DNA of 60,772 nucleotides from Patescibacteria group bacterium (GTDB lineage Bacteria > Patescibacteriota > Minisyncoccia > UBA6257 > UBA9933). Within the stretch, counting starts at the first letter, position 1; each line of letters opens with the position of its first letter. The translations under genes were made by a program, and so were the position numbers. Under the pieces are notes generated by a model, which was not told the DNA's origin, did no database searches, and was given only the letters and a program-made list of their open reading frames with translations. The stretch is from positions 1 to 60,772 of the forward strand of contig JASEIG010000003.1 of NCBI GenBank assembly GCA_030017615.1, given 5' to 3'. Positions 33,825-43,368 of the stretch are shown here, in pieces.

Positions 33825-35159
33825 TTATTTTTCCAAATTATTTTTCATCCAATCTGTAAGATCGCTAATCTCCGCTCTCTCCTGTTTCATTGTATCTCTG
33901 TCTCTTACCGTAACAGTCCCATCTTTCAAAGTGTCGTAATCAACGGTAACGCAATACGGAGTTCCGATTTCGTCCTGATAGCGATAACGTTTCCCGATAT
34001 TCCCCCGGTCATCCCAGAAAACATTAAAATTCTTTTTTAAACCGCCGTAAATTTCACGAGCTTTGGAAACCAATTCTTCTCTATTGGAAACAAGCGGAAA
34101 CACCGCCGCTTTATACGGAGCCACACGCGAATTGAATTTCACAACAATTCTTGTCTCGCCATTCTCCAACCGCTCTTCGTTATAAGCTTCGGACATAATT
34201 GCCAAAAAAGTCCTGTCTACGCCGAAAGTCGGTTCAATCACATGAGGAATGTATTTTTTATTTTCCTTTTCGTCAAAATACTCCATTGATTCCCCCGAAT
34301 ATTTTTGATGTCTGCTTAAGTCATAATCAGTCCTGTAAGCAATCGCCCACAATTCTTCCTGCCCAAATGGAAATTGATATTCCATATCAATTGTTCTTTT
34401 TGAATAAAATGCTCTTTCTGTGTCGGGAATCTCGTGATTATACATTTTTTTTCTGTTCAAGCCGATTACATCCATAAAATTATGCATATAATTCACCCAG
34501 TCTTCAAAAATTTTATTCCAATCAGACACTGGATTTATGAAATATTCAATTTCCATCTGTTCAAATTCCAAAGTCCTGAAAATAAATTGTCCGGTTGTGA
34601 TTTCATTTCTGAAAGCTTTTCCGATTTGACCGATTCCAAAAGGAATTTTCATATTGGTGGAACTTAAAACATTCTTGTAATCGGCGAAAATTGTCTGGGC
34701 TGTTTCGGGCCTTAAATAAGCGACAAGTCCTTCTTCTTCAACGGGACCTATTATGGTTTTAAACATTCCGGAAAATGTTTTGGCGGGAGTAAATTCTCCT
34801 CCGCATTCGGGGCATTTGGCAGTGTCTCCTAACTTGTCGGGGCGAAATCTTTTATGGCACTTTTTGCACTCAATCAAAGCATCTTTAAAATTTTCAACAT
34901 GTCCGCTTGCTTCCCAAATTTTCGGGTTCAAAAGTATCCCTCCGTCAATGCCAACCATATCGTCTCTGTTTTGGATAAAGTATTTCCACCAAGCTTTTTT
35001 TATATTATTTTTAAGCTCTGTTCCAAGAGGCCCATAATCGTAAGTATTGGCGAGTCCTCCATAAATTTCGGACCCGGGATAAACAAAACCGCGTCTTTTG
35101 CAAAGAGAAATTATTTTCTCCATTATATTAGGAACATTTTCTTTTTCTTCTTTTTTCAT
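33825..35159 (-). CDS. glyQS: Glycine--tRNA ligase (alpha2 type)
   Basis: [25 protein letters not shown], class II motifs, C-terminal anticodon-binding domain. Confidence 0.9.
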   Translation of the reverse strand: MKKEEKENVPNIMEKIISLCKRRGFVYPGSEIYGGLANTYDYGPLGTELKNNIKKAWWKYFIQNRDDMVGIDGGILLNPKIWEASGHVENFKDALIECKKCHKRFRPDKLGDTAKCPECGGEFTPAKTFSGMFKTIIGPVEEEGLVAYLRPETAQTIFADYKNVLSSTNMKIPFGIGQIGKAFRNEITTGQFIFRTLEFEQMEIEYFINPVSDWNKIFEDWVNYMHNFMDVIGLNRKKMYNHEIPDTERAFYSKRTIDMEYQFPFGQEELWAIAYRTDYDLSRHQKYSGESMEYFDEKENKKYIPHVIEPTFGVDRTFLAIMSEAYNEERLENGETRIVVKFNSRVAPYKAAVFPLVSNREELVSKAREIYGGLKKNFNVFWDDRGNIGKRYRYQDEIGTPYCVTVDYDTLKDGTVTVRDRDTMKQERAEISDLTDWMKNNLEK

Positions 35160-35224
35160 ATTTTACTGAAATAAAACTATTTCTGTTAAAATTTCTGACG
35201 AAACATATTTTTTACTTTAATCCG

Positions 35225-37006
35225 TTACTGAAAAATTTTTAACTCCTCGTTTTTGCCGGAAAGCTGAATGCCTGTAAATTCATCCGTGGCGGATACGCGG
35301 CTTTCGCTTAAAATTTGGATAACTTGATTTCTCTGATTGATATTGGGCGTGATTTCTATTTCAAACGTGGCTTCAGTCGGTTTCCCAACAACTCCTTTAG
35401 TGGCCACTATTTTGCCGATCGTCCATATTATTTCTCCCGTGCGGTCATTGTACAATGGTATAGTATCCACATTACTTTTGACAATATTAAGCCATTTTAT
35501 GCCGGGTTGTGATACTGAAGAAATCTGCGCGTCTTTAATATCGGTGGAATAATTTTTTAACGTCCAGCGAACGGCATAAACTGATGATTGATTGGGCAAC
35601 GGGGGATTCGGTCCGCTTATATGTTCAATAGTTTCTGTTAAAACCGCATTCCCTGAAATTTTTGTTTCTATTTTTGCCAAGCCGGCTGTTTTATCGCTTG
35701 AAACATTGTACGGAACGGTGGGCGAATTTATTTCTGCCTGAACTTTTAACAAATAATTTTTGTCAAACATTCTTTTTATCGGGAAATTCGGCTTGGTTTT
35801 GATGCTAAAAGCAACCTTTCCCGTTTGTCCCTGCGCCAATAATTTAAGTTCGGGAGTTGTTGCCGCATTCCAAAGAATGGTGTTTGTTTTTGAATCAAAC
35901 GCCCCCTGTGTTTGCAAGGAACTGAAATCAAACATTTCTCCGGACATTTTTGCGGTAACCACCGCGTCGCTTAATCCGACATCGGTGTTATTTTTGTACG
36001 CTATTTCATAATTTACGGAATCATTGGCGGTCGCGATATAATTCGGGTTGCCGTTAACGATGATTCCTAATGAAAGTGGAGAAGAAGAAATGTTTAATGT
36101 GGAATTTTTTTCGCTGATTAAATAATCTTTGCCGCCAATGGACGCGAAAATGCGGCTTTTTAAATCATAAAATGACTGATCCGGCCCCTCTAACCATCCC
36201 TTTATAGCAACATTTTTTTGCGTGTCGGGTAAAAAATCGTTAAAAATCCAGATATTTTTTCCGGTGTTTGGCGAAGAACTCGCCTCTTTAAAAATAAAAC
36301 CAGACGGATAATCCAGCTGGACTCTGATACTGTCATACTTAATATCAGAAAGATTTCGGCAATTAAAAGACATTTCAAAAGTTTCATGATTAAAAACTTT
36401 TTGAGGCGTAGAGAGATTAAAAACAATTGCGGGCTGGTCCGCGGTTATTTCAATTATTTTGTTTTTTTCAAATCTGGTATTAAGATTAGGCGGTAAATAA
36501 GAAAAATTAACACCAAACTGTTTTATTGAAGATTCGTCTTTCAAAATAATCGCCTGATATTTTTTTTCAAGAACCGCTCCTTGTCCCAGATCGCCTAAAT
36601 TTTCTTCAATAAACTGCTTGTCGGAAGTTTTTGAAATAGAAAGCGCGCCGTCAGGGAATTTAATTAATATTTTCGGTTTTTTTAAATCGCTTTTTGACTT
36701 ATTTTCCAAATCAATAACAATATCAAACGGTTTTCCTATCATAACTTTGTCCGGCGCCTTAACGATAAATCTCAAATCTTTTGTTTTGTTGTATTGGATA
36801 AGATAATAAACTCCAAAACCTCCCGCTATAAAAAATACCACCGTAACAATCAAAAACATCCGTTTCATATAAGAGCCGAATTTATTTGCGGCGCCGCTTT
36901 TATCTGAGCGGATAATGATATTATTTTCATTAGAACTGCTCCAGTTAGTTTGCAAATCTGTTTTTTCTTCTTCGGTTTGAGATTTATTTTGATTTTCAAA
37001 AGACAT
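35225..37006 (-). CDS. Hypothetical N-terminally TM-anchored surface protein with repeated beta-sandwich-like modules
   Basis: TM MFLIVTVVFFIAGGFGVYYLI, then about four repeats of an N.S/T...D..I....P.G pattern (CARDB/DUF11-like by eye). Confidence 0.4.
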   Translation of the reverse strand: MSFENQNKSQTEEEKTDLQTNWSSSNENNIIIRSDKSGAANKFGSYMKRMFLIVTVVFFIAGGFGVYYLIQYNKTKDLRFIVKAPDKVMIGKPFDIVIDLENKSKSDLKKPKILIKFPDGALSISKTSDKQFIEENLGDLGQGAVLEKKYQAIILKDESSIKQFGVNFSYLPPNLNTRFEKNKIIEITADQPAIVFNLSTPQKVFNHETFEMSFNCRNLSDIKYDSIRVQLDYPSGFIFKEASSSPNTGKNIWIFNDFLPDTQKNVAIKGWLEGPDQSFYDLKSRIFASIGGKDYLISEKNSTLNISSSPLSLGIIVNGNPNYIATANDSVNYEIAYKNNTDVGLSDAVVTAKMSGEMFDFSSLQTQGAFDSKTNTILWNAATTPELKLLAQGQTGKVAFSIKTKPNFPIKRMFDKNYLLKVQAEINSPTVPYNVSSDKTAGLAKIETKISGNAVLTETIEHISGPNPPLPNQSSVYAVRWTLKNYSTDIKDAQISSVSQPGIKWLNIVKSNVDTIPLYNDRTGEIIWTIGKIVATKGVVGKPTEATFEIEITPNINQRNQVIQILSESRVSATDEFTGIQLSGKNEELKIFQ

Positions 37007-37084
37007 AAAATTAAATTTCTATAATTTTTAAATTGAAGAAGAATTAAGACAAATTAGGGCAAAACAGAAGTTTTTGGGGTGCTA

Positions 37085-37112
37085 TTGACAAAATTTTAAA
37101 AGCAGTTATAAT
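37085..37112 (+). promoter_or_regulatory. Near-consensus sigma70-type promoter with no downstream plus-strand CDS
   Basis: TTGACA (37085-37090), 16-nt spacer, TATAAT (37107-37112). Both flanking genes are on the minus strand. Confidence 0.5.
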
Positions 37113-37144
37113 ACATATAAAGACTCAAATAAGTCTTTTTATTT

Positions 37145-37298
37145 AAAAAACTTTTTGGTTCTGTGGGCTAACCTATGGAATTTCCTTTAGTTTACGGAAG
37201 ATTTGGCTTTGGCTGGGTCTCTCCTCGGGGGGATTCTGAATTTCTTACCCTGCGTAAGATTTTTTTAAACATTGACCCACAGAACCAAGAAGTTTTTT
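37145..37298 (+). ncRNA. Candidate small structured RNA (or MITE): 23-bp closing stem plus U-tract
   Basis: aaaaaactttttggttctgtggg (37145-37167) pairs with cccacagaaccaagaagtttttt (37276-37298) with 1 mismatch. The interior has a GC-rich hairpin tctcc-tcg-ggggga that needs U-G pairs, so it favours the plus strand. Lies ~30 nt downstream of the promoter. Confidence 0.35.
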
Positions 37299-37620
37299 GT
37301 CTTTATTCCGTATTTTATTTTAAGATACGGCGAGTATCTACTTAGATGTTATCAGAAATTTCTTTGCTTTAAAATGTGGATAACCATCTCTCAGAAATAT
37401 TTCTCGCTCGCGGCTTGCAGATTTTAAAATTCAGTTCGCTCATTGCGTAAATTTATTACCCCGCTTCCCTTCGTTGCGGGCACCCGATAAATTTACTATT
37501 CGCTTACGAATTTTTATAAAATCTTACGGCATACTCGCCACAAAATAATTCTTCGCTTTTTAAAAAATAGAGAAATTTTCTTTTCACTCATTTATTTAAC
37601 AACTAAAACCTAAAACCTGG

Positions 37621-39285
37621 TTAGAGCCACTCAATTGGTCCTGTAACCGTTTCCACCTCCTTAAATGTGGTGATTCCTTCTATTACTTTTAAAATTCCGT
37701 CTTGTTGAAGTGTTGTCATTCCTTGCGATTCGGCGAATTTTATAAATTCTGTTTCACCAGCTTGTTTTAAAATCAATTCTTCTATTTCCGGTCCGGCTAA
37801 AAGCAATTCATAAATCGCGATTCTTCCCCTATATCCCGCGTTGTTGCAAGCCGGACATCCTTTTGATTCGTATATTTCAATATCCTTATATTTTTCTTTA
37901 TTTATTCGCGACGGTAATTTTTCTAAAAACAAATGGATTTTATTTTTCAAATCATCTGATATTTGCGCCGGAATGCGGCATTTTAAGCATATTTTTCTCA
38001 CTAATCTTTGTCCGATTATTAAATTCAAAGCCGGCCCGATGCTTTGCGCTTTAACACCCAAATCTAGAAGACGGGGGATAGCTCCGCTTGCTGAATTGGC
38101 ATGCACTGTTGAAAAAACCAAATGTCCGGTTAACGCCGATTGCACACTGGTAATCGCCGTTTCCTGATCGCGAATTTCACCGATTAAAATTATGTCAGGG
38201 TCTTGTCTCATTAAAGATTTTAATCCGTCTGCGAATGTGTATTTTTTTGTTTCATCCACTTGTGTTTGTTCAATCCCCTCTATTCTGTATTCAATCGGAT
38301 CTTCAATCGTTATTATTTTTACTTCAGGAGTTTTTTTGTATTTTAAGAACGCGTAAAGTGTGGTTGTTTTTCCCGAACCGGTCGGGCCTGTGTTTAAAAT
38401 CATCCCATTCGGTTTTTTCAATTCTTTTTTGACTATTTCCAGATCGTCATCTCTGATTCCGAGCTCATGAAGATCTATATTAATTGCGGCGGGGTCAAGC
38501 AAGCGCATAACCGCGACTTCGCCGAATTGCGCCGGCGCCACCGCAACACGGACTTCTATTTCGTGATTTCCAAATTTAATCGTGAATCTTCCGTCCTGAG
38601 GTTCATTGGAAATATTTATTTTTAAGTTGGAAAGCAGTTTTATTTTTGAAATCAAATACGGATAAAATTCTTTGCTTATTTTAAAAACGTCGTGAAGCAA
38701 TCCGTCAATTCTGATTCGTAAATTTGCGCCTTTATCGGACGGCTCCAAATGGATATCGGAACCTCTGTTCGCTAAAGCTCCTTGAAGAATAATATCTAAA
38801 ATTTCTGCGGCCTTTCTTGGCGCGAACTCTTCTTCGCTTAAGACTTGCGCGATATTTTCCAGCGAATCTATTTTTTTCTCTTTTATTTCTTTGGATAATT
38901 TTTCTATGTCTATTTTTCCGGTGATACTTTCTTTTTCTTTTGAAACGAATTTATAAAAATCCAGAGCGTGGATAAAACTGCTTTGGGAAATTATAAATAC
39001 CGAAACATCAAAACCCTTTGATTTTAAATAATCAACAGCTTTTTTTGTTTCGGAGCTTGCAGAATCCACCGCGACCGCCGCGATTTTTTCGTTTTTCTTC
39101 TCAATTGCGGCTATCCGCCCCTTTCTCGCGAGTTCTTCCGGTAAAAGAGCCAACGCTTCAATATTAACGGGAGTTTTTGAAAGATTAATATACTTAGCGC
39201 CTAATTTTTCCGCGCGCCGTTCCGCCATTCTCTCTTCCGATTCTCGGCGAAGTTTTAATAATTTTTCGTCAAGTTTTTTGTTCAA
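37621..39285 (-). CDS. pilB: Type IV pilus assembly / type II secretion ATPase (GspE/PilB family)
   Basis: Walker A GPTGSGKTTT, Asp/His boxes, C-terminal tetracysteine CLKC...CPAC. Confidence 0.85.
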   Translation of the reverse strand: MNKKLDEKLLKLRRESEERMAERRAEKLGAKYINLSKTPVNIEALALLPEELARKGRIAAIEKKNEKIAAVAVDSASSETKKAVDYLKSKGFDVSVFIISQSSFIHALDFYKFVSKEKESITGKIDIEKLSKEIKEKKIDSLENIAQVLSEEEFAPRKAAEILDIILQGALANRGSDIHLEPSDKGANLRIRIDGLLHDVFKISKEFYPYLISKIKLLSNLKINISNEPQDGRFTIKFGNHEIEVRVAVAPAQFGEVAVMRLLDPAAINIDLHELGIRDDDLEIVKKELKKPNGMILNTGPTGSGKTTTLYAFLKYKKTPEVKIITIEDPIEYRIEGIEQTQVDETKKYTFADGLKSLMRQDPDIILIGEIRDQETAITSVQSALTGHLVFSTVHANSASGAIPRLLDLGVKAQSIGPALNLIIGQRLVRKICLKCRIPAQISDDLKNKIHLFLEKLPSRINKEKYKDIEIYESKGCPACNNAGYRGRIAIYELLLAGPEIEELILKQAGETEFIKFAESQGMTTLQQDGILKVIEGITTFKEVETVTGPIEWL

Positions 39286-39294
39286 TAAATTATT

Positions 39295-39348
39295 GAAAGA
39301 TTGTAAGATTATGAGATTGCAAACTCAATCCTAATCTCTTAATCAATC
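39295..39348. repeat. Periodic-unit hairpin (AGATTG / CAATCT units) in the pilB leader
   Basis: gaaagattgtaagattatgagattgcaa followed by ctcaatcctaatctcttaatcaatc. The arms are built from mutually complementary short units. Related units occur at 43800-43850 and 58999-59096. Confidence 0.55.
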
Positions 39349-39451
39349 AGACAATTACTTTTTCTAATTTTATAAAATAGCGGCTTAATAAGCAATTTTA
39401 TAAATTTAACATCTATTCAACATTTGTTTTTTGCCCAATATAAATTTCTTT

Positions 39452-39485
39452 AAAAAAAACAAAACATCCCTTTGCGGGATGTTTT
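39452..39485 (-). terminator. Rho-independent terminator after the KH-protein gene
   Basis: aaaacatccc-tttgc-gggatgtttt stem, followed on the minus strand by a T-run (39452-39460). Confidence 0.7.
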
Positions 39486-39494
39486 GGCGAACTG

Positions 39495-39779
39495 TTAATT
39501 ATTGTATTCTCTCGGGGCTCTTGTTGAATCTTCCGGCTCAACAATTTTAAAATTTATGCGGGCGTGATTTTTTACGCCGACAATTCTAAGCAATGATCTG
39601 ATAGATTTTGCGGTAGCGCCTTGTCTTCCCACAACTTGACCTATATCAAGGGGATTAACTTTTAATGAAAGGAGAACTCCCATCTCGTCCACTTTTCGTT
39701 CTACAACAACATCATCCGGATGGTCAACGATTGATTTGACGAGAAATTCAAGAAAATCCTTATCTTTTGCTTCTTCCAT
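39495..39779 (-). CDS. KH-domain RNA-binding protein (YlqC/UPF0109)
   Basis: VGRQGATAKSIRSLL (GxxG KH motif). Conserved position downstream of rpsP. Confidence 0.8.
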   Translation of the reverse strand: MEEAKDKDFLEFLVKSIVDHPDDVVVERKVDEMGVLLSLKVNPLDIGQVVGRQGATAKSIRSLLRIVGVKNHARINFKIVEPEDSTRAPREYNN

Positions 39780-39883
39780 AGTCTTTTCTAAATCTAAAAT
39801 GTATTTTCTCTTCCGACCTTTTTTTAAAACCTAATAATAATCCGAAATTTTATAAAAATCAATACTTTGTTTAAGTAAAAAAA

Positions 39884-40180
39884 TTAAGCCGATATCGGTG
39901 TTTCTGCCGGCTTCTTTGATTTTTTATGAACCGGCTTTTTAGTCCCTTTTATAATTTGGTTTTTTACCATAAGGTTGTAAACACTGTCAGTCGGCTGAGC
40001 GCCAGCTTTAATCCAATACGCGGACCTTTCTTTATTTATTGAAACTTTTTTATTGTTAGGATTCCAAAATCCGAGGTCTTCCACATACCTTCCGGCCATC
40101 TTTGATTTTTTTTCGGCAACAACTACGCGAAACGCCGCCTGGTGCTTTTTCCCTATTCTCTTTAATTTTATGGCTAACAT
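39884..40180 (-). CDS. rpsP: 30S ribosomal protein S16
   Basis: MLAIKLKRIGKKHQAAFRVVVAEKKSK. Confidence 0.9.
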   Translation of the reverse strand: MLAIKLKRIGKKHQAAFRVVVAEKKSKMAGRYVEDLGFWNPNNKKVSINKERSAYWIKAGAQPTDSVYNLMVKNQIIKGTKKPVHKKSKKPAETPISA

Positions 40181-40281
40181 CTTTAATTTAAAGTTATGAA
40201 TTACGAATTAAGGATAATAAATAAGGTTTGAAAAATCAAGACCAACAAAAAAAAATCTCAAAAATTTACCAATACTATCAT

Positions 40282-42435
40282 TTAATTTTCCAATTTCAAT
40301 GAAAGCAATTTTGAGGTGCCGTCGTCGTTCATAGTAACTCCGTAAAGCGCGTCGGCGGCTTCCATAACAGTTCTGTTGTGGGTAACTATGATAAATTGGA
40401 CTTTATGCGTGAATTCTTTTATTAAATTCGCAAAACGCCGGGAATTTTGTTCGTCCAATGGCGCGTCTATTTCATCAAGCACTAAAAACGGCGGGGGACT
40501 GACTGAAATTAAAGCGAACAAGGCGGCAATTGAAACTAAACTTTTTTCTCCACCCGATAAAATATCCAGACTGGTTATTCTTTTCTTCGGCAGATTCAAT
40601 TCAATCTCAATTCCCGCAGTCTTCTCCTGCTCTTCTTTTTTTGTATTACTCTCGCTTTCTCCTTTACTGTCGGTTATTAGTTGTCGGTCGTTGGTTTTTA
40701 GTTTCAACCTTGCATTTCCTCCCCCGAACATAATTTTGAAGAATTTATTAAACCCTTCGTTTATTTCTTTAAACGCATGGTTAAATTTTGAAGTAATATC
40801 AGTTTTAAGCTCTTCAATCAGTTTTTCCAAATCTTTTGAAGCTTTTCCCAAATCATCCGATTGTATGGAAAGATGGCTGTAATGCGCCTCAACTTCCTGC
40901 GCTTCTTTTATAAGCGATTCGTCAATTTCTCCGATACTGATAAGTTCTGCGCGAAACCTCATCATTTGCCGCTCCATTTCATCCGCTTGGCTTTGCGATA
41001 AAATTTTATCTGATTTCAATTTTTCAAATTCTTGCTCGTCTCTTTCATTTCTTATCCATTCGCGCTTCAATTCGGCAATTTTTGAATTTAACTTTTCAAT
41101 TTCAAAATTAAAATAACCTTTTTTATTTTCCAAATTCCTTATCTCTTCTCGCTTTTTTTCTTTTATTTCAAAAGACTTCTTAAATTCTTGATTAAAATTT
41201 TCCAGAGAAGCGGCTGTTGCGCTTTCTTGTTCTTTTATTTTTTTTATCTCTATTTCAATAAATTCCAAATTTTTCGCTAAATCATTCTTTTCCTTTTCCG
41301 CCTCCTTCAATTCTTTGCCGATTTCATTTTTTGGTTGATCAAAATAATCGTTTATTTTTTGAACCAGCGATTTAATTGAAAAAATTATTTTATTTAAATC
41401 GGTTTCTTTTAAATTTTTTTCCAATGATTCGCGGATGCTTTTTACGAGAGAAACCATCTTGTCTTTTTTTAGAACATCTCCGCCTTGGTCAACGGAAAGA
41501 AATTCTATCCTTGTTTCAATACGGCCCATTTCCCTTTGTATTCGCGATTGTTTTTCAATCAAGTCTTTTTCTTTGTTTTTAAACTCCAAATCATTATTTT
41601 TTATCTGTCCGCCGGCTTCAATTTTTTTTAATTCTTCCGACAAAACTTCCAACTTCTTTAATTTTTTGGAAATTTCCAAATTTAATTCCGCAACTTGTTC
41701 GTTATGTTTTTTTAACAAATTTTTAATTTCCGTTGTTTTAGAACCGAAATAAATATTTTCCGCATTTTTTAATTCCTCTTTTTTCTGGTCTCTTGTCTGG
41801 TATTTTGAAACTTGGCGTTTTAACATACGAAGTCGCGGAGCCACCTCTTCGGCCATTAATTTTATTTTTTCCAAATTTGAGTAAGTGGCTGACAACTTTC
41901 TTTCGGCTTCTGATTTTTTAAGTTGATATTCTTTAAGCCCCAAAACTTCTTCTATTATTATTCTTCTGTCATACGGCGAAACTCTCACAAACAAATCGCT
42001 TGAACCCTGATTTATAACCACGATACCTTTTGTGCCTAACCGCGCGCGAGCGAAAAAATCAACCGCGTCTTTTGCGCGGACCTCCGATTTATTAAGAAAA
42101 TATGTTGAATTGCCGTCACGGCTGATTTCTCGCGCGACAGTCATTTCGTTAAAGTCAATAGGAAAAAGTTTTACGTTGTTTTCAAATAAAATTTCAACTT
42201 TTGCCGTTCCCGCGCGCGGTTTTTTTACCGTTCCCGCGAATATTAAATCTTCGGTTTTTTCTCCGCGTAAATTTTTTGTCTCTCTTTCGCCCAGTATCCA
42301 GCGTATTGCGTCAATAATGTTTGATTTGCCCGAACCATTAGGACCGACAATAGCCGTAACGCCCTTTGGAAATTTTAAAACGGTTTTCTGCGCGAAAGAT
42401 TTAAACCCGATTAATTCCAATGATTTTAAAAACAT
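40282..42435 (-). CDS. smc: SMC-family ATPase, short (717 aa), no recognisable hinge domain
   Basis: Walker A GPNGSGKSN, signature LSGGEKS, Walker B LVLDEIDAPLD. The ~400 aa between the head halves is K/E-rich coiled coil without a globular hinge. Confidence 0.75.
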   Translation of the reverse strand: MFLKSLELIGFKSFAQKTVLKFPKGVTAIVGPNGSGKSNIIDAIRWILGERETKNLRGEKTEDLIFAGTVKKPRAGTAKVEILFENNVKLFPIDFNEMTVAREISRDGNSTYFLNKSEVRAKDAVDFFARARLGTKGIVVINQGSSDLFVRVSPYDRRIIIEEVLGLKEYQLKKSEAERKLSATYSNLEKIKLMAEEVAPRLRMLKRQVSKYQTRDQKKEELKNAENIYFGSKTTEIKNLLKKHNEQVAELNLEISKKLKKLEVLSEELKKIEAGGQIKNNDLEFKNKEKDLIEKQSRIQREMGRIETRIEFLSVDQGGDVLKKDKMVSLVKSIRESLEKNLKETDLNKIIFSIKSLVQKINDYFDQPKNEIGKELKEAEKEKNDLAKNLEFIEIEIKKIKEQESATAASLENFNQEFKKSFEIKEKKREEIRNLENKKGYFNFEIEKLNSKIAELKREWIRNERDEQEFEKLKSDKILSQSQADEMERQMMRFRAELISIGEIDESLIKEAQEVEAHYSHLSIQSDDLGKASKDLEKLIEELKTDITSKFNHAFKEINEGFNKFFKIMFGGGNARLKLKTNDRQLITDSKGESESNTKKEEQEKTAGIEIELNLPKKRITSLDILSGGEKSLVSIAALFALISVSPPPFLVLDEIDAPLDEQNSRRFANLIKEFTHKVQFIIVTHNRTVMEAADALYGVTMNDDGTSKLLSLKLEN

Positions 42436-42576
42436 ATTTTAAAAAAATTACAAACCCTCATCGTCAAAATTACAAACAATATCTAATAATAAAAATTCAA
42501 ATAATTAAATTCCAACGGATTTTATAAATTTGGAATTTATAATTTATTTGTTATTTAGAACTTGTGATTTATAAAT

Positions 42577-43272
42577 TCACAAATTAGGTTTTTCTAATAT
42601 GTGCAACGCGTCTTTTGCCGCCTCTATTTCCGCTTCTTGCTTTGAAAAACCCTTGCCTTGTCCGGCAAATTCATTTCCGAAATAAACTCCAACATTGAAT
42701 ATTTTTTGATGATCTGGTCCTTCTTCTTCCAATACTTCGTATCTCGGGGTTATCTTCATCCGTTCCTGGATAATTTCCTGCAAAAGACTTTTGGGGTCTT
42801 TGTATGTTTTATTTTTGATAATTTCGGGAAGCTGGCTTAATATGTTTTTCTTTATGAATTTGGCCGCGGTCTCATATTCCTTATCCAGATAAATTGCTCC
42901 GATAAGAGATTCAAAAGCGTTTGCTAAAATAACTTCTTTGGCGCGGTCGGTATCCCGCGCTTCGCCTTTTGAAAGAAAAATAAACTTGTCAAGTTTTATT
43001 TCTTTGGCAAGTTTTGCGAGTATCTGATAATTAACCAGAGCCGCTCTTATGTTTGTGAGCTCACCCTCCGGGTAATCGGGATATTGGCGAAAAAGATTTT
43101 CCGTAACAGCTAATTCTAAAACCGCGTCGCCTAAAAATTCCAGCCGCTCGTTGTGCGGAATTCCCCACGAAGGGTTTTCGTTGATATAAGACCTGTGCGT
43201 AAGAGCTTCTTTTAAAAGATTTTTATTTTTAAACTCTACGTCTATTCTGTTTTCCAGTATTGAAAAATCCAT
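42577..43272 (-). CDS. rnc: Ribonuclease III
   Basis: ERLEFLGDAVLEL signature plus a C-terminal dsRBD. Confidence 0.9.
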   Translation of the reverse strand: MDFSILENRIDVEFKNKNLLKEALTHRSYINENPSWGIPHNERLEFLGDAVLELAVTENLFRQYPDYPEGELTNIRAALVNYQILAKLAKEIKLDKFIFLSKGEARDTDRAKEVILANAFESLIGAIYLDKEYETAAKFIKKNILSQLPEIIKNKTYKDPKSLLQEIIQERMKITPRYEVLEEEGPDHQKIFNVGVYFGNEFAGQGKGFSKQEAEIEAAKDALHILEKPNL

Positions 43273-43285
43273 TTAGCACTAGAGT

Positions 43286-43361
43286 AATCGCGAATATACA
43301 AATAATTTTTAATATACAAATCAAATTCGTATATTTGCGTTTGATTCGTATATTCGTGAAT
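43286..43361. repeat. Cluster of ATTCGTATAT-type palindromic motifs immediately upstream of rnc
   Basis: aatcgcgaatatacaaat (43286-43303), attcgtatatttgcg (43325-43339), attcgtatattcgtgaat (43344-43361). Same core as the arms flanking the NYN gene and as 53949-53987 and 56421-56461. Confidence 0.65.
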
Positions 43362-43368
43362 ACTCCAA

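Noticed and set aside
33790-33830. Hairpin aaacagcgc...gcgctgttt plus T-run as a terminator for glyQS
   Set aside because: The strong U-tract is on the plus strand, but glyQS and the PGM fragment are both on the minus strand. On the minus strand the trailing tract is weak. I left it unassigned rather than calling it a terminator for either gene.
37276-37290. RNase P RNA P4-like ACAGAACC
   Set aside because: It is simply the complement of the left arm of a 23-bp inverted repeat. The other universal RNase P blocks (GAGGAAAGUCC etc.) are absent on either strand.
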